From Candidatus Pacearchaeota archaeon (lineage in GTDB: Archaea; Nanobdellota; Nanobdellia; Pacearchaeales; GW2011-AR1), in the NCBI GenBank assembly GCA_003693875.1, contig RFLO01000041.1:1-28470 (forward strand): DNA of 28,470 nt, read 5' to 3'. Shown here one piece after another: positions 1-7,921 of this stretch. The notes below the pieces were generated by a model that saw nothing but the letters and a program-made list of their open reading frames with translations, had not been told where the DNA came from and did not search any database. The position numbers were made by a program, and so were the translations under genes. Each line of letters starts with the position of its first letter. Within the stretch, counting starts at the first letter, position 1.

Positions 1-3000
1 CTTGAAGATATTATGAATCTTTGAAAAAGTAAGGCCTTTGTTTTCATCATCTAATTTGTTTTTTTCCTTAACAACTTCAAACTTCTGCTTTGCAAATTCG
101 CTCCTTTCGCCCGTCTTCAAAGAAAAAGTAAGATTTTCAAATACATAAAAATCCTCATTGCCACCATTATCACTAACCCTAATAATTGACCCGGATTCTG
201 GTTTTTCGTTTTTCTCACTTGCACTCCCGGAAGTAGAACTACTTGCGCTACTCCCCCCGCTCGCCTGGTTAGTTTGAGGTCCATTAGTGGCTGCTGGCCT
301 TGGACCAATCTCTCTAATCCTCGCATTCTTCTTAGCAAAAGACAAAAGCACTGCTTTGGCATAAACGCGAACCTTCAATAAAAGAAGAGATGCCTTCTCC
401 TCATTAGTACTGTCATTCGCAGCCACAATCTTCCTTAGGGCTTCATCAATATCCTGCCCCGAAACAGAAGGCTTCCCTAACAATTTATTTACCTCGCTTA
501 TGGTATTCCCAACAGAAGGGCTTATTCCCGTCTGCAAATTTTGAATGGAATCTGAGCTTATCTCCTTTAGCTTGTTAAGTGTTCCAACATAACCAGAACT
601 GCTTATTTTTTTCATAACTTCTTTGACGCTTTTCAAATCAAGAAAGCAGCGAATATTTTCCTTGCCGCAATATCCAACATCGCGCCATCGGCTGCTGTCC
701 TCCACAGAACCTTTCGTTGCACAAACTCTGACAATCCCTTTAAGATCTGCCCTTGGATTAACTGCCCCTTCTACAACCTCTTGAATATTTGGACTAATTG
801 AGGAAAGAGATGGCTTGCCATAAATGCACTCCTTTTCTGAAGTAACTTCATTTTTTGCTGCTTCGTCTGCAAGTTCCATTGAAAGTTCGTTTAGGGCAAA
901 CTCTGTTGTAACCTGTTCAAATCCGCAGTGTGGCTGTCCATCAATTTCAACGCAAAGTTCTTTGTACCCGGCAGGAGCCGTAAAGTCCAAAGTTTCTGAA
1001 GCCGTTTCCCCTCGCGGGACATAGCCTGTCTTGACCATTACCGTTGGATTTGAGACATAATACCCAGAAGTTGGCGGGCTTTGAAGATAAATTCTAAAAT
1101 TCACTCCCTTGTCCTTGCCGGCATAAATATGATAGTAAACCTTGTAAGCAGAAGTTGCCGGAAGCGTCGCTTCACTTAAAACACTCTCTGAAAAACGAGC
1201 ATAAAACTGCGTTGGAGAATCCGGTTCAAGAAGCTTGTCAATAGCTTTCGCAGAAGTTGGAATACTTGTCCCAATAAAGCTCCTGCAAAAAGTGCTCCCT
1301 GCTTCCTCAATGCTTCTCAATTTGAAAGCTCTAAACATCTCTTTTGCATAGTTGTCGCGAAAAAACTTTGCACTTTCATCAAAAGCATCAACCGCACTCT
1401 TGGCAAAAAGATATTCCCCTCCGCCACGAACACCGGCACGGCTGCCGGAAACAGATTCAAACAGTGCTGGAATAAGAAGCCGCGTCATCGGAGCTACCTG
1501 CTTCCAAAAGAACTCGCATTTGTAAACTGAAGTTATCTCATCGCAAATCCCAACATACCTTCCGCTTTTAGCATTTTCTTTTAGGCAATCACGATAACCT
1601 TTCAGGACAGAAAGGTACGCGTCAATGCCCGCGTGAATCCCGCTCAAGCAAACAGGAACATAAATCTTTTCGTTAAAATTCGGAAGGCAAAGCACAATGC
1701 TTCCAATAACCCCTGACTGGATAACGCTTGAAACAGGAAATCTTCCACCCATATCGCAACGCGAAGTTGGACAAACTACCGGATCACAGACATTAAACAG
1801 GATAAGGCATTCATCAACACTCATAAGATCCTGGCACTCAAGCCCCCCAATCTTAACAAAGGGCTTCCCAACACTAAAAGATTCTCCAAAAATCTTAACT
1901 CTGGGGCTGCCATACTGCCTTGCCGCCTCCCTCAATGCACTAAGTCCTGTTCGATAAAGAGCCTTGACCTCCCTGGGTGAAAGACCCTCACAGCCTATAA
2001 ACTGGTCAACACTACCCGCAGTATTGATATCAAAACTCTGACATATGTCATCACCTTCTCCATGCTCAATAAGGCCGTTCTTGCCAACCGAGCAAATCTT
2101 AAAATAAGTGACCTCTCCAGAAGCCCTGTAACCCTTGGGAACATTCTCCAAAATAGAACCCCCTGAACTTTCCACATAAGAATACCAAAAACCTCCATTA
2201 AACTCAAAAGGAACTATCGCGGGATAAGCCTTGTCCCTCCCGCTCTCATAATACCTAACTTCCAGATTTTCTTCTCCCCCCTTCTTAAAACTACACTTAT
2301 TTCTGTCATTCTTGCCCCCTCCATCATTATTAGAATTTTTCAAAAAAGAAGCAAGCGACTTTAGCCCTTCATTAAGCGTCTTTTCTGCGATTCTTCTCAA
2401 TTCCTGTCTTTTAATAAGTTCCTCATACAAAAGAACCGAACGAACCTGAGAAACCGTAGTAAGATTATCTTTAGAAATATTCACTCCATCTACACTCCAC
2501 GACTCATTCTTCAAGGATTCCTTAAGCTTGTTAACATACTCTTTTGTATTGATAACAGTGCCTTTATCAAAAAGCCCACCGCTTGAAACCATTCCTTGCT
2601 TTTTAAGAACCGAATCCATCTTTTGATTAACATTTTTAAGTGCTTCGGCAACTTTCTCCACATCTCTTTCAATTTCAGAAGAATGTTGCTCATAACACTT
2701 TAAAATCTCATGAGGATTCCCGCGGCTACTCTCCCTGCAAATTTCGCGATAATAATCCATAACTTTTTTCCTTGCTATTGCCTTCCCACTAAACCCGCTA
2801 AAAAAATTCTTAAGTGTCAAAACCGCAGAAGTTGCAAGGCACGCCCCCTTAAAGCCGCGAACAAGCTTTCCTATGTTTTTGTTTATCCTCTCCCACTTTT
2901 CAATAGTCCTTTCTACCTTTTCGGCTTTTTCAAGGCTCTTGTTTGGATTAAGCTTAAAGGCTCTTTTTTCAATTCCAATACTAAAAGTAAAAGGAGCCGA

Positions 3001-4653
3001 TGTCCGAGCAGAGCTTATCTTTGGAATAACCGAAACATAAGCCACTGGCTTAACACTCACATCCAAAAGCTTTATGTTATGACTTCCAAGTCTTAGAAAA
3101 CCGCCCACCTCAACCTTGCCTACAACCCCTTTATCACCCTTTGAAACCAATCTAAACTCCGCCCCACCCGGAAAAATTCTTTCAAGATAAATCTTATCGC
3201 CGCTATTCTCCCACTTTTCTCCTTCCCCCTTATTTAGTAGCTCCCCCCCGTCAACAGAAAAGTCGGCACTCTTTTCCTCTTTGCCCTTTTTCCAATCGGC
3301 AATGCCAATAAAGTGATGCTTCCCTGCAACATAAACTCCCCTATAAGCATTTGAAAAGTCATATCCTGAACGAAGAATAAGTTTTCGCAAGCGAACATCT
3401 TCGCCATACTTATCAATAAAGGTTTTCTCAAGACTTTTTGCCTCCTTGCTTCTTCCAGTTTTTAACGCAACACGAATACCCTCAAGCAAGGCTTCTTTTC
3501 CAAAAACCCTGCCCGAAAGATCCTCTTCCGTATTTGGAAAATCATTCAAAATTTCGTAAATTGTTTCATTCATTTTTGTAAAATTTTCATCATCGTTCCC
3601 GTTTCTACTATTTCTGCCATCTCCATTCTTCTGAGCAACAAGTTCAAAAGAACCAGAACCCGCGCACGATATTTTAGCAGAAACTTTTTCGCTCTTATTT
3701 CCTCTATCAGCTTCTTTTTCAATTTGGATATTTGAAACATAGCACTGCCCATTCAAAAATCGCGAACCATCACGCAACCAAGTTTCATGGCCATCAACAT
3801 CAATCAGGACAGAGTCCTCATCTGCTACAACCTTGTTTAACCTGACCTTAAAAGAAGCACGGCAGTAATAGCCGGGAAGATAAATTGATGGGCTGCTTTC
3901 TCCAACCTTTAGGTCAAACTCCCTTAAGATGCGGTCCGGTGCCTTGAAAACTGCAATCCTTGCATGGTCGCTTGAAACATCTACTGCCCTCAAAAAAGCC
4001 TTGCCATCAAAAAACTCAGAGCGCGCATACTCTCCAAGAAGCCATTGCTCATCACTTATAACTGGAAGGTAAAACTCGCTTCTTCCCGCCCCAAATGCCT
4101 CGTCTGCATCAAAATGGATAACCGCCGTAAGGTTTCCAGATATTTTTTCAGGAAGGTCCTTTTCAAGACCCCGCCTTACCACCAAAACAACATAGCCAAT
4201 ATTCTCAATCACCGGGCTTCCAGAAATCTTTCTAAAAGACCTAACAGCTGCTCGTGCGGGATGGTAACTTATTGAAACAATTCCTTTTGGTTTTTTACCC
4301 TTAAAGTAAATTGAAGTAATAGAAGATGCTCGAATCAGTGGATTTGTCTTAACTGAGTAAAGCTGGCAAAAAACAGGCACATTCTGGTCTTGAAGCAAAT
4401 CGCTCCTGACAACGCTCGGGCTACAGCCATTTGGTGGAATCATTACAACAAAATCTGTTCCGTCTTCCTTACACTGCCCGTCACGGATTTTACTAATAAT
4501 CGGCCAGTACTTTGAAACATCTCCGCTATAAAGCCTGTGAAAGCTTGGGGGGCTGTATTGCCACGAATTAACCGGCCCGTTAAATGCCTGCTGCGATAAG
4601 ACAGGCGAAGCTAAAAAAATCAATGCAAAAGTCAAAAAAATTCCTGCTTTCAT
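1..4653 (-). CDS. Giant secreted Cys-rich hypothetical protein, >1551 aa, 3'-partial (runs off window); not in ORF track
   Basis: Manual translation of the minus frame from ATG at 4653 to position 1 shows no stop. N-terminus MKAGIFLTFALIFLASPVLSQQ is a Sec-type signal peptide. About 30 Cys and several N-x-S/T sequons. The start overlaps the upstream stop (ATGA, 4650-4653). Confidence 0.93.
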   Translation of the reverse strand, partial: MKAGIFLTFALIFLASPVLSQQAFNGPVNSWQYSPPSFHRLYSGDVSKYWPIISKIRDGQCKEDGTDFVVMIPPNGCSPSVVRSDLLQDQNVPVFCQLYSVKTNPLIRASSITSIYFKGKKPKGIVSISYHPARAAVRSFRKISGSPVIENIGYVVLVVRRGLEKDLPEKISGNLTAVIHFDADEAFGAGRSEFYLPVISDEQWLLGEYARSEFFDGKAFLRAVDVSSDHARIAVFKAPDRILREFDLKVGESSPSIYLPGYYCRASFKVRLNKVVADEDSVLIDVDGHETWLRDGSRFLNGQCYVSNIQIEKEADRGNKSEKVSAKISCAGSGSFELVAQKNGDGRNSRNGNDDENFTKMNETIYEILNDFPNTEEDLSGRVFGKEALLEGIRVALKTGRSKEAKSLEKTFIDKYGEDVRLRKLILRSGYDFSNAYRGVYVAGKHHFIGIADWKKGKEEKSADFSVDGGELLNKGEGEKWENSGDKIYLERIFPGGAEFRLVSKGDKGVVGKVEVGGFLRLGSHNIKLLDVSVKPVAYVSVIPKISSARTSAPFTFSIGIEKRAFKLNPNKSLEKAEKVERTIEKWERINKNIGKLVRGFKGACLATSAVLTLKNFFSGFSGKAIARKKVMDYYREICRESSRGNPHEILKCYEQHSSEIERDVEKVAEALKNVNQKMDSVLKKQGMVSSGGLFDKGTVINTKEYVNKLKESLKNESWSVDGVNISKDNLTTVSQVRSVLLYEELIKRQELRRIAEKTLNEGLKSLASFLKNSNNDGGGKNDRNKCSFKKGGEENLEVRYYESGRDKAYPAIVPFEFNGGFWYSYVESSGGSILENVPKGYRASGEVTYFKICSVGKNGLIEHGEGDDICQSFDINTAGSVDQFIGCEGLSPREVKALYRTGLSALREAARQYGSPRVKIFGESFSVGKPFVKIGGLECQDLMSVDECLILFNVCDPVVCPTSRCDMGGRFPVSSVIQSGVIGSIVLCLPNFNEKIYVPVCLSGIHAGIDAYLSVLKGYRDCLKENAKSGRYVGICDEITSVYKCEFFWKQVAPMTRLLIPALFESVSGSRAGVRGGGEYLFAKSAVDAFDESAKFFRDNYAKEMFRAFKLRSIEEAGSTFCRSFIGTSIPTSAKAIDKLLEPDSPTQFYARFSESVLSEATLPATSAYKVYYHIYAGKDKGVNFRIYLQSPPTSGYYVSNPTVMVKTGYVPRGETASETLDFTAPAGYKELCVEIDGQPHCGFEQVTTEFALNELSMELADEAAKNEVTSEKECIYGKPSLSSISPNIQEVVEGAVNPRADLKGIVRVCATKGSVEDSSRWRDVGYCGKENIRCFLDLKSVKEVMKKISSSGYVGTLNKLKEISSDSIQNLQTGISPSVGNTISEVNKLLGKPSVSGQDIDEALRKIVAANDSTNEEKASLLLLKVRVYAKAVLLSFAKKNARIREIGPRPAATNGPQTNQASGGSSASSSTSGSASEKNEKPESGSIIRVSDNGGNEDFYVFENLTFSLKTGERSEFAKQKFEVVKEKNKLDDENKGLTFSKIHNIFK

Positions 4654-6482
4654 TCTACTCTTACAATCAAAAGCGAATCCTCCATTAGCTCATAATTTTT
4701 CTGAAGCTCATCAAGACTCTGCGGCTCGCCGAACATCGGGACACTAATCTTCAAAACATCCCCCTTGAGCTGCTCTTCTGTCAAATACTCCTTGCTCTTT
4801 CCCCCTCCAACAAGAGCCATCTCTGACTTAGTTTCAGGAATTTCAACTTCAAAACATTTTTCTCTTGTCGCACCAAAAAAGCCGGCAAGCCCATGTTCTG
4901 GAACCTCTACACAAGTCCTTTTCTTAGAACTTGGAAAAACAATTGAACTATTGCCATAAGCATAAACCGAAACATTGTAATAGCCATCTACTAATTCAAT
5001 TGAATCCTGCTCAGGGTAGGAGGCATAGGCAGAATAGCCATCTGACTCAAAATAAACAAGGGCTCTTTCAACTTCCCCGAGATCAAGCTTTAACTTATGC
5101 TTCTTGCTTAAAACCAAAATCGCATCACTTTTGTCATTTGTAGAAATTTTTTGTTTGCCTTCGGCATACCCCTGTGCATTTGCAAAAAGAAAACCGTTGA
5201 CACATTGAGGAACCTTCGCTTTTAAAACCGCCTTTCCTCCGCTAAGCTGTGTTTCTCCAAGCTCGCAGGAAAAATCTGCACACTTAAAACTAACGCTGGC
5301 TTCAACAGGATTTAATGAGAGGTCATAAGTTGAAACTTCAATCTCCTTGTTGGCATAATCGCACGCATCAGATGTGCGGTTAGTGGATACAATCCGCGAG
5401 TTGTCTGGCATATTCCCTGAAATCAAAACAGCAATAGGAAATTGGAAAAAGTCCTCACCGTCATATAGCTGAACCATCACTGGAAAGGCAACATCATAAA
5501 CGAAGTGATACGGGACAAAACAAAAGCCAAGAACCCCAAGACCCTTCTGTGGCCCAACAGGTTTTGCAACCTCATCTCCATGAATTTCAATCTTAGTCGG
5601 CCAAGAAGGATTATACATAAAATTCACAAGGTGATTAGCTTCAAAACCGGTGTCAACAACAAAGTATTTGTTTGAAGGCTTCTCATTGTAATATGTGCCC
5701 CGAACCTTGACGGCGGGGATATTTGCCGAAAGCCCCTCCGAAATATCTTTCCTTATCTTGTCAAAAGAAAAAAACTTCGGAGAACAGCTAATCTCCACGC
5801 CAGTTACCGGAGCATAAAGCCTAACAACATCAATGGCATAATTTTCAAGAAATCTCTGTTCCTTTTCTGCATTGTAAATCATCAGTGCCTCATCGTAAAG
5901 CTTTCCAAGATTGCTGTTAAAATCAACTTCGTGTTCAAGAATTGCTGTTGACTGGTTTCCCCGAAAAACCTTGAACGGTGCATCAACAAAAACCTTCACG
6001 CCATCATCATAAATATCAACCGAAACATCTCCCGAAGTTGCATAAACATCAAAACCTTCTTTTTCAAAACTTGAAAAATCGCAATCCTCAATCCGCTCCC
6101 TTATGTATTCGGCAAGCTGTTCCTCCATTTGCTCTTTTGTCGGTACCTTTTCCCGAACAAGATTATTTCCTGAAACATAAAACCAGTAGGGAACCCCCTG
6201 ACCTAAAAAATCAAGCTCTGAAGAAAATGGCATAAAAGGAGAGCCTGGTTCAAAGACTGGTTTTTCAATATAGCCCGCAGAATCCCCAAGAAGTTTTGTC
6301 CCATACCTTGCAACATCCTCAATACAGGAAAGATAAGCATCGTAAACTGGTTTAAATTCCGAAGACACGGCACTCTTCCCACTTGGCTTGACAACAAAGT
6401 AAATCGCTATTGCCCCAACAATCACTAAGGCAACAACAACAAAAATTGTAACCTGCCCCCTTTTCAAAACCAAATTGCTCAT
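4650..6482 (-). CDS. Large class III signal-peptide (prepilin-like, KRG|Q) protein, about 610 aa, with Cys-containing extracellular domains
   Basis: LKRGQVTIFVVVALVIVGAIAIYFVV fits the type IV prepilin N-terminus. TATA TTTATATA at 6511-6504 supports the ATG at 6482 (track start is GTG 6485). Confidence 0.85.
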   Translation of the reverse strand: MSNLVLKRGQVTIFVVVALVIVGAIAIYFVVKPSGKSAVSSEFKPVYDAYLSCIEDVARYGTKLLGDSAGYIEKPVFEPGSPFMPFSSELDFLGQGVPYWFYVSGNNLVREKVPTKEQMEEQLAEYIRERIEDCDFSSFEKEGFDVYATSGDVSVDIYDDGVKVFVDAPFKVFRGNQSTAILEHEVDFNSNLGKLYDEALMIYNAEKEQRFLENYAIDVVRLYAPVTGVEISCSPKFFSFDKIRKDISEGLSANIPAVKVRGTYYNEKPSNKYFVVDTGFEANHLVNFMYNPSWPTKIEIHGDEVAKPVGPQKGLGVLGFCFVPYHFVYDVAFPVMVQLYDGEDFFQFPIAVLISGNMPDNSRIVSTNRTSDACDYANKEIEVSTYDLSLNPVEASVSFKCADFSCELGETQLSGGKAVLKAKVPQCVNGFLFANAQGYAEGKQKISTNDKSDAILVLSKKHKLKLDLGEVERALVYFESDGYSAYASYPEQDSIELVDGYYNVSVYAYGNSSIVFPSSKKRTCVEVPEHGLAGFFGATREKCFEVEIPETKSEMALVGGGKSKEYLTEEQLKGDVLKISVPMFGEPQSLDELQKNYELMEDSLLIVRVE

Positions 6483-6503
6483 CACATCTTAAAATAAAAA
6501 AGA

Positions 6504-6511
6504 TATATAAA
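6504..6511 (-). promoter_or_regulatory. TATA box for the 610-aa prepilin-like/giant protein operon
   Basis: TTTATATA on the minus strand ends 22 nt before ATG 6482, the same spacing seen at many genes here. Confidence 0.6.
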
Positions 6512-6522
6512 GATTGTGAATG

Positions 6523-6609
6523 TCAACCAGAAAGAAAAAAGTAAGCAAGTATTGCTAAAGCTATTAAAATTCCAAGGATTACCAAAATCGTCATCTGCGC
6601 CTTCTTCAT
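6523..6609 (-). CDS. 28-aa micro-protein consisting only of a class III signal peptide (MKKAQMTILVILGILIALAILAYFFLSG)
   Basis: ATG at 6609, TGA at 6525-6523. KKA|Q plus a hydrophobic helix, closely resembling the N-terminus of the neighbouring 610-aa protein. Below the ORF-track size cutoff. Confidence 0.6.
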   Translation of the reverse strand: MKKAQMTILVILGILIALAILAYFFLSG

Positions 6610-6610
6610 A

Positions 6611-6681
6611 TGGCCCCACCAAGAATCGAACTTGGGCCTCATCGAAGTCAGCGATGCGTTCTACCACTAGACTATGGGGCC
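6611..6681 (-). tRNA. trnV: tRNA-Val(GAC), intronless, no encoded CCA, atypical U37
   Basis: GGCCCCA/TGGGGCC acceptor stem, D-arm GTCTAGTGGTAGAAC, anticodon arm CATCG-CTGACTT-CGATG, T-arm CCAAG-TTCGATT-CTTGG, discriminator A; 71 nt. Confidence 0.88.
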
Positions 6682-6704
6682 ACTCGAAAGAAAAACAGTC
6701 CTTG

Positions 6705-6711
6705 CTTTTAA
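6705..6711 (-). promoter_or_regulatory. TATA-like box for the tRNA gene
   Basis: TTAAAAG about 24 nt upstream of the tRNA 5' end, overlapping the stop codon of the upstream small ORF. Confidence 0.5.
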
Positions 6712-6986
6712 GTCTTGCGCCTCGCTCTTCCTCCCTTAACCTGCCCCCACCTGCCACTAATAAACTCCACATCAAAATCCTTCGGATTAAAACCACAAAG
6801 CAAGCAAATGTCAAGAAAAAGGTCCTTCGGCAAAATCCTGCTTTCAACAAAATAATTCTTAAGAGTAGAATAATTAACCCTCAAGCCAAACTGTAAAAGC
6901 CCCCTAAGTGACGGCGAGTTAAGCTTTCTTATTGCAGCCTTCAAAAATTCTCTTTGCCCTCCATTGCGAAAAAAGACTCTCTCCAT
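6708..6986 (-). CDS. Small basic helical protein (about 92 aa) ending in a WGQVKGG motif; possible DNA-binding domain
   Basis: MERVFFRNGGQREFLK...YSTLKNYFVESRILP...WGQVKGG. From memory it resembles the N-terminal module of DPANN LAGLIDADG-like proteins. Alternative start at 7004. Confidence 0.65.
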   Translation of the reverse strand: MERVFFRNGGQREFLKAAIRKLNSPSLRGLLQFGLRVNYSTLKNYFVESRILPKDLFLDICLLCGFNPKDFDVEFISGRWGQVKGGRARRKT

Positions 6987-7044
6987 AAAGAAGAGAAAAT
7001 GCATAAGTTTTTAGATTTAACTGCGGGACCATCAAACAGCAAAA

Positions 7045-7052
7045 TTTAAAAA
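7045..7052 (+). promoter_or_regulatory. TATA box for rpl44e-rps3ae-ndk operon
   Basis: TTTAAAAA preceded by an A-rich BRE-like stretch, ending 22 nt before ATG 7074. Confidence 0.6.
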
Positions 7053-7073
7053 AGAATCAGAAGATAGATTACC

Positions 7074-7376
7074 ATGAAAATCCCAAAGAAAGTAAATCGG
7101 TATTGCCCTTTTTGCAAGAAAAAAACAGAACAAAAAATAAAAGAGCCAACCAAGCAAAAAGCAAGCTCACTTAAACGCGGAGGAAAAATAAGAATCAGGC
7201 TTCGCGGCCTATGGAGGGGAATTGGAAACAAGGGAAGATACTCCCGTATGAAAAACCAACAAAAAAGGAAAAGGAAAACTACAAAAAAAACAAATCTCCT
7301 TTACACATGCACTGAGTGTGGAAAATCAAAAAACCAAAAAAAAGGAAAAAGAACCAGCAAAGTCCTAATTGAATAA
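7074..7376 (+). CDS. rpl44e: 50S ribosomal protein eL42 (L44e)
   Basis: MKIPK...RYCPFCKK...YTCTECGK zinc ribbon, highly basic, KTTKK motif. Confidence 0.93.
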   Translation: MKIPKKVNRYCPFCKKKTEQKIKEPTKQKASSLKRGGKIRIRLRGLWRGIGNKGRYSRMKNQQKRKRKTTKKTNLLYTCTECGKSKNQKKGKRTSKVLIE

Positions 7377-7921
7377 TGGCAGAAAGAAAAAAATACATAG
7401 CAGTGAAAGTTCCAATGCTAAACTCTGAACTAAGAGTCTTGGGAACCCCAAAAGAATTGCACAACAAGACAATAAAACTCGACCTGTCAAGAAAAAGTCG
7501 CGGAAAAGGCATCTTTGTTAAGTTTAGAATTTTCAATACCGAGGACGGGTTAGTTGGAATCCCAAACCGCCTTGAACTTCTAACAACCTACATCAGAAAA
7601 GCAATGAGAAAAAGAACAAGCTATGTAGAAGATTCTTTTAGAACAAAATGTGCAGATATCCGTGCAATAGTCAAGCCATTCCTCATAACAAGAAAAAAAG
7701 TTTCCCGCGCAATCCGAAAAAATCTGCGAAACACAGCAAGAGAGTTTATAACCGAATACCTAAAAGAAAAAAATTTTACAGAAGTCTTCAAGGAAGTCTT
7801 TGACGGAACGCTCCAAAAAGCAATGCTGCCAAAACTCAAAAAAGTGTATCCCTTGGCTTTTTGCGATATAAGAATTTTTGAAACAAAAGAGATTCAAAAA
7901 GCAAAAATCCAAAATGATTGA
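7376..7921 (+). CDS. rps3ae: 30S ribosomal protein eS1 (S3Ae), divergent DPANN form
   Basis: YIRKAMRKRTSYVEDSF, VKPFLITRKKVS and KLKKVYPLAFCDIR match S3Ae motifs. TAATG coupling to rpl44e. Confidence 0.85.
   Translation: MAERKKYIAVKVPMLNSELRVLGTPKELHNKTIKLDLSRKSRGKGIFVKFRIFNTEDGLVGIPNRLELLTTYIRKAMRKRTSYVEDSFRTKCADIRAIVKPFLITRKKVSRAIRKNLRNTAREFITEYLKEKNFTEVFKEVFDGTLQKAMLPKLKKVYPLAFCDIRIFETKEIQKAKIQND

Noticed and set aside
117-4275. Short track ORFs at 117, 824, 1697, 1995, 2511, 2710, 3234, 3570 and 4045
   Set aside because: All are alternative-frame or antisense shadows of the continuous >1551-aa minus-strand ORF.
6485-6525. Stop read-through or recoding fusing the 28-aa micro-pilin to the 610-aa protein
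   Set aside because: The two frames are offset by one base, the downstream gene has its own signal peptide and TATA, and TGA acts as a real stop elsewhere (ATGA overlaps).
6611-6640. tRNA 3' end as the attachment site of an island carrying the giant protein
   Set aside because: I saw no second copy of the tRNA 3' end and no integrase in the window. It cannot be excluded beyond the left edge.
6482-6896. Track ORFs 6482..6850 (-) and 6516..6896 (+)
   Set aside because: They run through the tRNA, the micro-pilin and the WGQVKGG gene, and have no protein-like features.
6708-6986. Homing endonuclease call for the WGQVKGG protein
   Set aside because: No LAGLIDADG, HNH or GIY-YIG motif, and too short.
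7878-7913. N-terminal extension of NDK in the track ORF
   Set aside because: It overlaps rps3ae by 44 nt. Met at 7914 gives the normal NDK start.
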